Origin: a virus
IMG/VR virus record: IMGVR_UViG_3300045988_129382
Location: 136,033-200,032 of that record
DNA: 64,000 nt
Reading direction: 5' to 3' (one strand)
Made by a program: the position numbers and the translations under genes
Notes under the pieces: generated by a model
Database searches by the model: none
What the model was told of the DNA's origin: nothing
Seen by the model: only the letters and a program-made list of their open reading frames with translations
Shown: positions 26,512 to 35,280 of the stretch, in pieces
Layout of the letters: each line of letters begins with the position of its first letter
Numbering within the stretch: position 1 is the stretch's first letter

Positions 26512-28059
26512 ATGAATGATTTTATGGAATTATTAAAAAATAATGTAAAAACTACAACTACAAATGGTGCTGTTTCTTATAAAACAACAGGTAGTGCTTT
26601 GTTAGATTTAAATAACTCAGTACCTTTGTTGCGTAATAAAGCTATTGAATATTTATCTAGTGGTAACTTAATTGCATTAGATACTGTACTTTCTTTGTTT
26701 AAAGAATCAGTTATGGAAGATGCTAACTACACAATGAAGTGGTTGATGTATCTACGTGATATTAATGATGGTTTAGGTGAGCGTTCTTCTTATCGATTAA
26801 TTCTGACTGAGATTGCTAATAATGTGCCAGAGTTAGTTTTTGCATTGTTACAAACTAAGCAACTACAGGTATTAGGTCGTTTTGATGATTTAGTTTATGT
26901 ATGGGATACTACAACAAACAAAGACTCTAAAAATTATATCTTTAATTATTTAAAATATCAGTTAAGTGAAGATATTTTAAATAATAAAAATGATGAAAGT
27001 GTATCTCTTTTAGCTAAGTGGTTGCCATCTGAAAATACTACTTCACGTAAAACTAAAAAATTAGCTACTAGAGTTAGAAAAGCTTTGGGTATGTCCTCTA
27101 AGTCTTATCGTAGAATGTTATCTGCTTTACGTAAGAACATTGATGTAGTTGAACGTAAGATGTCTAACAATCAATGGGATGAAATTAATTATCAAGGTGT
27201 TACTTCTAAGGCTAACTTAATTTATCGAAATGCGTTTATGAAGCATGATAGTGAGAGACGTTCTAAGTATTTAGAAGATTTATCTAATGGCAATGTTAAA
27301 ATCAATGCTGGTAAGATGTACTTATATGATATTATCAGTAAGTATAAAAATAGATGGGATGTTGATGAAGATGAAACATTAGAAGCTTTGTGGGATGCAC
27401 AAGAAGTACCTAAAGATTATAATGATATTTTAGTGGTACGTGATGGTAGTGGTTCTATGACAACTAGTGCTTTTGGTACAAGTGTTTCTGTGTTAGATAT
27501 TGCTGATGCATTGACAATTTATACTACACAGCATAATAATTCTGAATACTATAAAGATAAATTCATCACATTCAGTTCTAAACCAGAGATTGTTGATTTA
27601 AGTACTTGCAATACGTTACGTGATAAGCTTTCTGTATTAGATGACTATGATGATTGGTCTACAACAAATGTTGAAAGTGTGTTTGACTTAATTCTAGAAA
27701 CATCTGTTAAAAATAAAGTAGATGCTAAAGATTTACCTAGTACTGTTTTAGTTGTATCTGATATGCAGTTCAATTCTGCTATGGGTACTAATTTTAACAA
27801 TGATACTTTATTTGAAAAGATTGCTAAGAAGTTTGAATCAGTTGGGTATAAATTACCTAAGTTAGTATTTTGGAATGTGGCATCTTATAATGATACAGTA
27901 CCATTACAGAAAAATGATAATGGGTTGGTCATTATGAGTGGTTTCTCTAAAAACAATATCGATATGATTTTACATGATAACTTAGACCCGTTAGAAGTTC
28001 TAAAGGCTGAGTTAGATAGTAAATATAGCTTTATTGATACAATTATTAGTAAGTCTTAA
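26512..28059 (+). CDS. DUF2828-like helical domain + C-terminal vWA domain protein (Ro60/TROVE-like architecture)
   Basis: RBS AAGGAG. N-terminus TTNGAVSYKTTGSALLDL resembles the TENGA..SSG..LDF start of DUF2828 proteins. MIDAS motif VVRDGSGSM. The tail KLVFWNVASYNDTVPLQKNDNGLVIMSGFSKNNIDMIL parallels the human Ro60 tail [36 protein letters not shown]. Confidence 0.6.
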   Translation: MNDFMELLKNNVKTTTTNGAVSYKTTGSALLDLNNSVPLLRNKAIEYLSSGNLIALDTVLSLFKESVMEDANYTMKWLMYLRDINDGLGERSSYRLILTEIANNVPELVFALLQTKQLQVLGRFDDLVYVWDTTTNKDSKNYIFNYLKYQLSEDILNNKNDESVSLLAKWLPSENTTSRKTKKLATRVRKALGMSSKSYRRMLSALRKNIDVVERKMSNNQWDEINYQGVTSKANLIYRNAFMKHDSERRSKYLEDLSNGNVKINAGKMYLYDIISKYKNRWDVDEDETLEALWDAQEVPKDYNDILVVRDGSGSMTTSAFGTSVSVLDIADALTIYTTQHNNSEYYKDKFITFSSKPEIVDLSTCNTLRDKLSVLDDYDDWSTTNVESVFDLILETSVKNKVDAKDLPSTVLVVSDMQFNSAMGTNFNNDTLFEKIAKKFESVGYKLPKLVFWNVASYNDTVPLQKNDNGLVIMSGFSKNNIDMILHDNLDPLEVLKAELDSKYSFIDTIISKS

Positions 28060-28082
28060 CAATTACATATAAATAATAATGA

Positions 28083-28113
28083 AAAGTGTAGGTATTTAAT
28101 ATCTGCACTTTTT
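28083..28113 (+). terminator. rho-independent terminator
   Basis: AAAGTGTAG ... CTGCACTTT stem (one G-U pair) followed by TTTTT. It overlaps a TGTTATAAT extended -10 element (TATAAT at 28118-28123). Confidence 0.65.
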
Positions 28114-28184
28114 GTGTTATAATGGTAATTAGTAGTTACATTTTCTGTTTAACAGTCTAGATTTAGATTTTGGGGTATTAAAAG

Positions 28185-28763
28185 ATGGCTTTACAACTTT
28201 ACGAAGATGATTTGTTAGATGAAGAGGTGCTTTCTACTAAGTTAATAACATTAGCTGAGATTATAGTAAGGAAGCATTTCTATGCCAGTAGGGAAGATAA
28301 AGAAGATTTAGTTTCTATTGGTGTTTTAAAAGCTGTGAGAATGATTCATAGTGATAATTTTAGAAGTGATAAAGGGAATTTGTGTACATTCTTATACACT
28401 GGTATGAGGAATGACATGCACAACTTCTTATATCATAAGAATAAGTTTGACACAGTAGATTTTGACACAACTTTTGATGATGGTGGTAGTTTAGATTACT
28501 ACTTTGAAGATGAAGTAGCATCTGTAGATTATAGTCTAGTGCATTTAATCTGTATGAGGTTTAAGTGTTTTGGTGATGCTTTGGAAGATAAGGTTATTGC
28601 TAAGTTAAAATCTTATGGTTTTAAACTAGATGGATATATTTCTCATGATGTGGGTAGTCAATTAAAATGTAGTAATGATATTATTAATCGTGTTGTTGGG
28701 TTACTCTTTTGGGAAATGAGACAGAGAGAGTTGAGTTCATTATTTAAGGATGGGGTATTATGA
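28185..28763 (+). CDS. putative phage sigma factor (sigma70 region-2-like, gp55-like)
   Basis: EDLVSIGVLKAVRMIHSDNFRSDKGNLCTFLYTGMRNDMHNFLYHKNK resembles sigma70 region 2 (dl.q.G.l.l.kai..f....g..f.tya...irn.i.d.lr). Confidence 0.45.
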   Translation: MALQLYEDDLLDEEVLSTKLITLAEIIVRKHFYASREDKEDLVSIGVLKAVRMIHSDNFRSDKGNLCTFLYTGMRNDMHNFLYHKNKFDTVDFDTTFDDGGSLDYYFEDEVASVDYSLVHLICMRFKCFGDALEDKVIAKLKSYGFKLDGYISHDVGSQLKCSNDIINRVVGLLFWEMRQRELSSLFKDGVL

Positions 28764-29245
28764 GTTCTTATGGTTCTATTTCTACAATCACTATGAGTGA
28801 TGAAGAGAAAGATTTATACGCTGAGTATTTGAGCGTTTCTATTGGTAATCCTGTTCTAGAGTTTGTTAAATATATGTTAGGTGATGATTATTTAAAATTC
28901 ATCGATATTTGTAGTGGTACAAATTTCAATATTCCTAGCAATAAAGCTTTAGAGAGGGGAATTAATAATGTTAAGATGTATGCTTATGTTAAGAAGTGGA
29001 ACTTCTCTAATGCATCTATTGTAAATGCTGGTAATATTTATAAAAAGACAGAGTTAGCTACAAGACGTATTGTGTTGTCAGTTGCTAATGCTTTGGGTGT
29101 TAAAGATACACTAGAAGGTGAGGCTCTAGTTAATTTTGTAGAAAATATTGAACCATATGCTGTTAAGAAGAGTGTTGAAAACTCATCTAATAGTGATGTT
29201 AATGGTGATACTAATTCTGAGGATTCAGAAGAGAGTACAGTATAG
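28760..29245 (+). CDS. hypothetical protein with an acidic C-terminal tail
   Basis: ATGA overlap with the previous gene. 161 aa. Confidence 0.6.
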   Translation: MSSYGSISTITMSDEEKDLYAEYLSVSIGNPVLEFVKYMLGDDYLKFIDICSGTNFNIPSNKALERGINNVKMYAYVKKWNFSNASIVNAGNIYKKTELATRRIVLSVANALGVKDTLEGEALVNFVENIEPYAVKKSVENSSNSDVNGDTNSEDSEESTV

Positions 29246-29275
29246 ATTTAATAATGGTAGGTAATATAGTTATAA

Positions 29276-29926
29276 ATGGTATCTCCTATGGATAATAATG
29301 ATTTAATCTCTATTCTATCAAAAGGTGAGGAAGAAGAGGTTAAACACGATACTAAAGATAGTCAAGTAGATGGTGAAGATACAGAAGATATTGATGAGGA
29401 TACTAATAGTACTTCATTAAAGACAACAATGTCAGCTATGGATGTGTTAGATATTGAGGATAGTTCGAGACGTACTACGAGTCTACCTAGTGGTAGTGGC
29501 GATGTTAGTCAAGATTTAGAGAATTGGATTGATGGTAAAGATTTAGCACCGTCTGATGATTTAAACCGATTTGTAAGTGCGACTGATGTAAAGTTTAAAT
29601 ATGGTTTAACACATAATACATTGAATAACTTTACGTTAATGGCACAATTACAAAAGTTCTTAGATACATCTAATGAAATTTTATTTAGTGAATCTGCCGC
29701 TATGAATCTTTCTCCTGAAGAGTTAGAAAGTAGGGTTAGGATGGCATTTACAATGTATGCTGAGTTGTCTAGGATTAATCAACGTACAGCATTAGCTTTA
29801 GAAGAGCAACGTAGAAAATATAATGATGGTTCGACAGATATTGATAAGCTTTCATTGTTGTTATCATCTGTACCTAGTGATAAACTAAAAGAAATTTTAT
29901 ATGCGATTACAAAGTCAAAGGGTTGA
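29276..29926 (+). CDS. hypothetical protein; candidate small terminase subunit by position only
   Basis: Immediately upstream of the large terminase. 216 aa with an acidic N-terminus. No motif recognised. Confidence 0.3.
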   Translation: MVSPMDNNDLISILSKGEEEEVKHDTKDSQVDGEDTEDIDEDTNSTSLKTTMSAMDVLDIEDSSRRTTSLPSGSGDVSQDLENWIDGKDLAPSDDLNRFVSATDVKFKYGLTHNTLNNFTLMAQLQKFLDTSNEILFSESAAMNLSPEELESRVRMAFTMYAELSRINQRTALALEEQRRKYNDGSTDIDKLSLLLSSVPSDKLKEILYAITKSKG

Positions 29927-29929
29927 TAT

Positions 29930-31996
29930 ATGGGTAATGCTAGATTAGAAGAATTATTAGGTGATTCTAGTTCATATACTGCTATGACTGATAAGGAAAA
30001 AGACTATTTTGTTAAACTTCTACAAGAGGAGATGCAACGTAGGGAAGATAGTGGTAGGGTTGAACAGGTTAGAGATATAGTTAGGATTGAGGATTGGATT
30101 AATTCTGATTATTATGTTGGTTCTGACCAGAAGAACATATATCCATATTGGAAAGACTTTATAGTTGATATTTTTAGGGATACAAGAAAAGACGATGAAA
30201 AGATTAATTCCGTCATATTAAGTGGCTCAATAGGTATAGGTAAGAGTACCGTTGCAGAGTTAATCATGATGCGTAAGATGTATGAGTTATCTTGTTTTAG
30301 AAATATCAATGCTATGTTCAATTTAATGTCTAAGACAAATATTATGTTTTTATATTTCTCAGTTAATCAGAAACAGGCAGAACGTACTGGTTTTGGTGAG
30401 TATAGGGCATTGATTGATAACTCACCTTATTTTAATGAAAACTTTCAAAGGAATCCTAGACTTAATTCTTTACTAGTATTTCCTGAGGGGATTTCATACG
30501 CTTATGGTTCAAGTGCTAATGATAGTATAGGTATGAGTGTTATATGTTCTATGCTTGATGAGGCTAACTTTTTAGGTGGTGGTGGGCCGTCTAAAGATAG
30601 TGAAAAGGCTACTGATTTATATGCTAATATCGTGAATAGGTCAAATTCACGTTTTATCATAGATGGTGGTGTCAATCACTCATTAAATATTTTGGTATCA
30701 TCTGCTACATATGAAAACTCAGCTACTGAACGTCAAATTAGGTTGTCTAGAAATGACCCACATACAATCGTTGCCGCTCCTGCTCAATGGGACGTTAAGC
30801 CTAAAAACTTTAGTAAGAAGTTCTTTTATGTATTTAAAGGTTCTAATTACTTAGAGGCTAATATAGTTAATTCTACAGATGATGTAAATAACTATAGGGT
30901 ATCTGAGGGTATGTCTAAACATAAGTATATCGATGGTTTAGAGGATTATGACTCTATCAATAAAGCTATAGAAGAGTTGCCACCTCATATGCAGACTAAG
31001 TTCTTAAAAGTTCCTGTAGATTTAAGGAATGGTTTTGAGGCTAACTTGTTGAGGTCTTTACAAGATATTGGTGGTGTATCTACAGGTTCACAAGGAAAAT
31101 TATTTAGTTCACCTATGGTGTTACAGGATTGTATAGATGTTAATAGGCATCACCCATTTGTATCAAAAGAAATTGTAATATCTACAGGTGATGATATTAA
31201 TGTTAAGGATTATCTAAGGGATGATTTTAGATTAAAGTATCCTGAAAGACCTAGATATCTTCATATTGACCAATCATTTAGGACAGATAGTACTGGTATA
31301 TCATGTGTATATGTTGATGATATTGTAGAAGAAGATGGTGTTAAAAAGCCTGTATTTGGTGTTGATTTCATGTTACGTATTAATCCACCTAAACCACCTA
31401 AAAAGATAGCTATTTATAAGATTCGTAACTTTGTTATTTATCTTGTAAATGTTATCGGTATGAAGATAGGTAAGTTGACATACGATATATTCAACTCAGA
31501 AGAGTCTAGACAGATTCTAGAGGAAATGGGTTTCAACGTAGGTTATTTATCTGTGGATAGAACAGACAAACCTTATCTAGACTTAGTAGAGATTATGTAT
31601 GAAAAACGTATAAAACTATATGACTACCCTATATTAAGGTATGAGTTACTTAACTTGTTACATGATAGGATAAGACGTAAGGTTGACCATCCTAAAGTAG
31701 TTACAGATGACGGATTTGTTGATTATGATGGTAAGGGTAATGATGGTATTACAGGGACTAGGGTAGGTTCTAAGGACGTATCTGATAGTTTATGTGGTGC
31801 TATTCAAAATGCGTTACAGAGTACTGTATCTGATGCTGAGGGTAATAATGGCACATTTAATGATTTCTTGATAGCTAATCGTATAGGCTCGTATGCTGGT
31901 ATAGATGCTCCTACTGATATATCAGTTGAAGAGATGATTGATAGGCAGATAGATGATATGATAGAAGAGATGGAGATTAATGGTGGTTTCTATTAG
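29930..31996 (+). CDS. terL: terminase large subunit
   Basis: Walker A LSGSIGIGKST and Walker B-like CSMLDEANF. C-terminal nuclease-like HIDQSFRTDSTGIS and SKDVSDSLCGAI. 688 aa, followed by the portal gene. Confidence 0.85.
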   Translation: MGNARLEELLGDSSSYTAMTDKEKDYFVKLLQEEMQRREDSGRVEQVRDIVRIEDWINSDYYVGSDQKNIYPYWKDFIVDIFRDTRKDDEKINSVILSGSIGIGKSTVAELIMMRKMYELSCFRNINAMFNLMSKTNIMFLYFSVNQKQAERTGFGEYRALIDNSPYFNENFQRNPRLNSLLVFPEGISYAYGSSANDSIGMSVICSMLDEANFLGGGGPSKDSEKATDLYANIVNRSNSRFIIDGGVNHSLNILVSSATYENSATERQIRLSRNDPHTIVAAPAQWDVKPKNFSKKFFYVFKGSNYLEANIVNSTDDVNNYRVSEGMSKHKYIDGLEDYDSINKAIEELPPHMQTKFLKVPVDLRNGFEANLLRSLQDIGGVSTGSQGKLFSSPMVLQDCIDVNRHHPFVSKEIVISTGDDINVKDYLRDDFRLKYPERPRYLHIDQSFRTDSTGISCVYVDDIVEEDGVKKPVFGVDFMLRINPPKPPKKIAIYKIRNFVIYLVNVIGMKIGKLTYDIFNSEESRQILEEMGFNVGYLSVDRTDKPYLDLVEIMYEKRIKLYDYPILRYELLNLLHDRIRRKVDHPKVVTDDGFVDYDGKGNDGITGTRVGSKDVSDSLCGAIQNALQSTVSDAEGNNGTFNDFLIANRIGSYAGIDAPTDISVEEMIDRQIDDMIEEMEINGGFY

Positions 31997-32008
31997 ATAG
32001 GGGTAAAT

Positions 32009-33727
32009 ATGGCATGGTATGATTTATTTGTAAATCGTAGGGGTTTACAAGATACTAGCATTTCTAATGATATTATAGATGAAGTAGGTACTATAAAAGA
32101 GAGTGTACCTAGTGATGTTGTTAGAGAGGTTAAGATTGTTGAGGATAATAGGGGAAATACTTTCTTTGATGGGAATATTGAAAGTATTCACTCTAAACCT
32201 ATTAATGAGGGTTCAGTTAGCTTATCACCTAGTAATTTACAGCAATTATTAGGGACGGATGATAAAAATACTTTAGGTCAAATTGTTGAAGGCATTAGAG
32301 GTGATTACTCTTTAAAAGAGATTTTTGCTGAGAATGAAGAGATGTCTAAGGATTCAGTAATTGGTTCTGCTATGGAGATTATTGCCGATGATGCATGTAC
32401 TCCTGATGAGACAACAAATAAAGTTATTATGATTGAATCTTCTGACGAGGGTTTGAAAAAGTTCTTAGAAGATTTCTTGATTAATAATATTAAGATTGAT
32501 GATAGAGTATGGTCTTGGGCATATGAGATTGTTAAGCATGGTGATTTCAAACTAAGAAGAAGAGAGTACTACGCTGGTTCTGCTAATAGTGGTATTAAGT
32601 CAGTATATTATGAGGATGTTATCAATCCTTATTTAGTGTCACGCATAGAGTATATGGGTAATGTGCTTGGTTATGAAGATGAGGACTATTTATTTGATAG
32701 TGGTAGTTATCAAGATGCTGGTCAATTCACATCTGGTACGATGAGTGGTAGTGCTAAATTTGAGAAGAGTGATGAGTTTGTGCATTTCATTTCTTCTAAA
32801 CTTTCTAAACGTGAGAAGATTAAGTTAAATGTTAGGAAGTCTGATAATACACAGGAAGAGGTTACTTGCTATCGTGTAGTGGGTACTTCTATTGTAGATA
32901 GTGCTAGGACTATGTTTAGGATTAATGCATTAATTGATAACATTCTTGTTTTGTCACGTATTGCACGTTCAACTCAGTTTAACTTAGTTAAGATTGAGGT
33001 TGGTAATGCTAACGCTGGTCAAACACAACAAATGCTTTCAGATGTTAGACGTAGATTTCAAGCTAATTCTAAGATGACTAAGGGTGTTGGTTTTAGGTCA
33101 GACCCATCACCTGTTCCGATTAATAGTAATATTTATTTACCTACTAGAGATGGTAAAGGTGATGTGACTGTTGAGAGCATTGGTGATGGCGTTGATGTTC
33201 AATCTATTGTTGATGTTGATTACTTTACGGATAAGCTTTTTGCAAGTTTGAAAGTACCTAAACAGTATTTAGGTTTTGCTGAATCATTAGGCTCTATGGG
33301 TAATAATTCACTAGTTAAACAAGATTTAAGGTATGCACGTTCTATTTTAAGGGTTCAACAGATTTTAATTAATGGTATCACAGATTTGTGTGAAAACTAT
33401 TTAAAATATCGTGGACGTGGTTCTGATATTGGTGCATTTAAGATTTATATGCGACCATTACCTACTAGTGAGACATCAACTAGGGTTGAGGAGTTTGTTT
33501 CTAATCTACAGATGATTGATTCTAGTAGTGCTTTCTTGGATTCATACGCTGATTACATTGATAAAGCTAAGTGGCTTAAATCTATGTTAAATCTTGCTAA
33601 CATTGATGCTAATGAGGTTGCTACAGATAAATTTAAAGATATTTTATCTGCATTAGAAGATGGAACATACAATGAGGGAGATTTTGCTACAGAGGAGTCT
33701 GGTGGTGAAGAGGATGCTCCATGGTAA
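32009..33727 (+). CDS. portal protein (putative)
   Basis: 572 aa, directly downstream of terL, with an acidic C-terminal tail EESGGEEDAPW. Called on gene order and size. Confidence 0.65.
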   Translation: MAWYDLFVNRRGLQDTSISNDIIDEVGTIKESVPSDVVREVKIVEDNRGNTFFDGNIESIHSKPINEGSVSLSPSNLQQLLGTDDKNTLGQIVEGIRGDYSLKEIFAENEEMSKDSVIGSAMEIIADDACTPDETTNKVIMIESSDEGLKKFLEDFLINNIKIDDRVWSWAYEIVKHGDFKLRRREYYAGSANSGIKSVYYEDVINPYLVSRIEYMGNVLGYEDEDYLFDSGSYQDAGQFTSGTMSGSAKFEKSDEFVHFISSKLSKREKIKLNVRKSDNTQEEVTCYRVVGTSIVDSARTMFRINALIDNILVLSRIARSTQFNLVKIEVGNANAGQTQQMLSDVRRRFQANSKMTKGVGFRSDPSPVPINSNIYLPTRDGKGDVTVESIGDGVDVQSIVDVDYFTDKLFASLKVPKQYLGFAESLGSMGNNSLVKQDLRYARSILRVQQILINGITDLCENYLKYRGRGSDIGAFKIYMRPLPTSETSTRVEEFVSNLQMIDSSSAFLDSYADYIDKAKWLKSMLNLANIDANEVATDKFKDILSALEDGTYNEGDFATEESGGEEDAPW

Positions 33728-33748
33728 TTAAATAGTGTTGTTTTTAAG

Positions 33749-33802
33749 AGATATATAGTGTATACTAATATTAGTTATATACTATATATCTTTTTTATTT
33801 TT
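33749..33802 (+). terminator. strong rho-independent terminator
   Basis: 16-bp stem AGATATATAGTGTATA ... TATATACTATATATCT (one G-U pair) followed by TTTTTTATTTTT. Confidence 0.8.
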
Positions 33803-33814
33803 GAGGTGATTGGG

Positions 33815-34006
33815 ATGAGCTTTAAAGTTAAAAATGCACCTTGCTTTAGGTGTTGTGATAGGTATGTTGGGTGTCATAGTACGTGTAATAAGTATATTGA
33901 GTTTTCTGATAGTCGGAATGTTAATAGGGATGTTAGGTTACAGGAGATAGATGTTGATACTTATTATAATCGTAAGCATATATCGATGAGGAGGAGATAT
34001 TCATGA
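33815..34006 (+). CDS. small Cys-rich (zinc-binding-like) protein
   Basis: Start at MSFKVKN behind RBS GAGGTGA. Contains CFRCCDRYVGCHSTC. The upstream part of ORF 33758 overlaps the terminator. Confidence 0.55.
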   Translation: MSFKVKNAPCFRCCDRYVGCHSTCNKYIEFSDSRNVNRDVRLQEIDVDTYYNRKHISMRRRYS

Positions 34007-34386
34007 GTTTGTTTGATGAGTTACAGAAAGCTATTTTAGATGGTGACATGGATTTAGTCACTGATTTACGTAGACGTATCATGCAAGGTGAGAGGGATGA
34101 AAGCTTAGATAAGAATATGATACAGGCTATAATTAAAAAAGAGCCTGGTAGGGTTATTCGTTCAATCATTAATTCTGATGATTTGGATGAGATTTCATGT
34201 TTCAAGGCTTGTAGTTCATTGTTAACACATAATATCATTGAAGCACAAATAAATAATAGAAGCATTGACGAATACCCTATTAATGAATTATACATCATTT
34301 TAGGTACATTCATTAATGATGGTTTAGGTAGAGGTAAAGATGACTTTAAAAAATTTGTTACAAAAAGGTACAAGAGATTCATTTAA
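34003..34386 (+). CDS. hypothetical protein
   Basis: ATGA overlap with the previous gene. 127 aa. Confidence 0.55.
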   Translation: MSLFDELQKAILDGDMDLVTDLRRRIMQGERDESLDKNMIQAIIKKEPGRVIRSIINSDDLDEISCFKACSSLLTHNIIEAQINNRSIDEYPINELYIILGTFINDGLGRGKDDFKKFVTKRYKRFI

Positions 34387-35188
34387 CCTTGATTTGGAAG
34401 ATATTCTAAATGAGGAGTATCTTCCTTTTTCTTTTTTAATTGATAAAAATAGGGATGCTAGGTATTATGAGGATTTCTTAACAAAATATCAAGCAATAGC
34501 ATTTGATAGTAGGTATGATAGACTTCTTAAAGAGGGACATTCAATCCAATCTATTAACGAAGCAACTAAAAAAGAGTTGTTAAGTGGTGCTGAGAGTAAG
34601 AGAAAAGCAAGAGCAAAAAAGTTAACTACTACATACAAAGGTGTTAACAATGATGGGTGTATTGAATTCACAACTAATAGTCAATATACACCTAATAAGA
34701 AATATCAACAAAAGATAAAGTTAAATGATGTCAAGGATATAAAAGCATTAAAAGACTTTAAGAAGTCTGAGATAACACGTTTATTACTTGATGGTGATTT
34801 ATCAGTATATTGCAGTTGTGAGGATTTCCTATATAAAGGTTATAAATATATGGCTTGGAATATGGGGTATGGGTTAGATAAAGAAAACAGATTTCCTAAA
34901 ATTAAGAATCCTAATCTAGAGGGTACTATCTGTAAGCATTTGATAGCTGTTTTATCTGTTATGTCTTTTAATAACAATAAAATAACAACTGACTTATTTA
35001 AGACTAAGGTAGTAGGTTCTTTACGTGATAAAAAGAGTAGTAATTTGTCTAAGTTACGGAGTAAAGAAGCTTTAACAAAACATAAAAATAGGTGGAATGG
35101 TCTAGGTAAAGATATAGCCAAGGGTAGAAATGCTAGGATGAGAAATAAAAACAAGGCAATGAGTGTTTCTAGAGGTAGGCATAGATAG
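34340..35188 (+). CDS. SWIM zinc-finger domain protein with a basic C-terminus
   Basis: CxC...CxH pattern: VYCSCEDFLYKGYKY...GTICKHLIAVL. Lys/Arg-rich tail. The start is uncertain because of a 47-nt overlap with the previous ORF. Confidence 0.6.
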   Translation: MTLKNLLQKGTRDSFNLDLEDILNEEYLPFSFLIDKNRDARYYEDFLTKYQAIAFDSRYDRLLKEGHSIQSINEATKKELLSGAESKRKARAKKLTTTYKGVNNDGCIEFTTNSQYTPNKKYQQKIKLNDVKDIKALKDFKKSEITRLLLDGDLSVYCSCEDFLYKGYKYMAWNMGYGLDKENRFPKIKNPNLEGTICKHLIAVLSVMSFNNNKITTDLFKTKVVGSLRDKKSSNLSKLRSKEALTKHKNRWNGLGKDIAKGRNARMRNKNKAMSVSRGRHR

Positions 35189-35280
35189 TGTTATTTTGGT
35201 ACTATATATAAGATTAGTACTAAATTTAATTAAGTTTAATACGTTAAATACGTTTTGTTTGATGTAAAGGGGTATTTCTA

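Noticed and set aside
34340-34386. Programmed frameshift joining 34003-34386 to the SWIM-protein ORF.
   Set aside because: The downstream ORF is in the +1 frame, so the A-rich stretch (TTT AAA AAA TTT) could not act as a -1 slippery site joining the two ORFs. An ATG at 34340 already explains the overlap. Evidence is insufficient.
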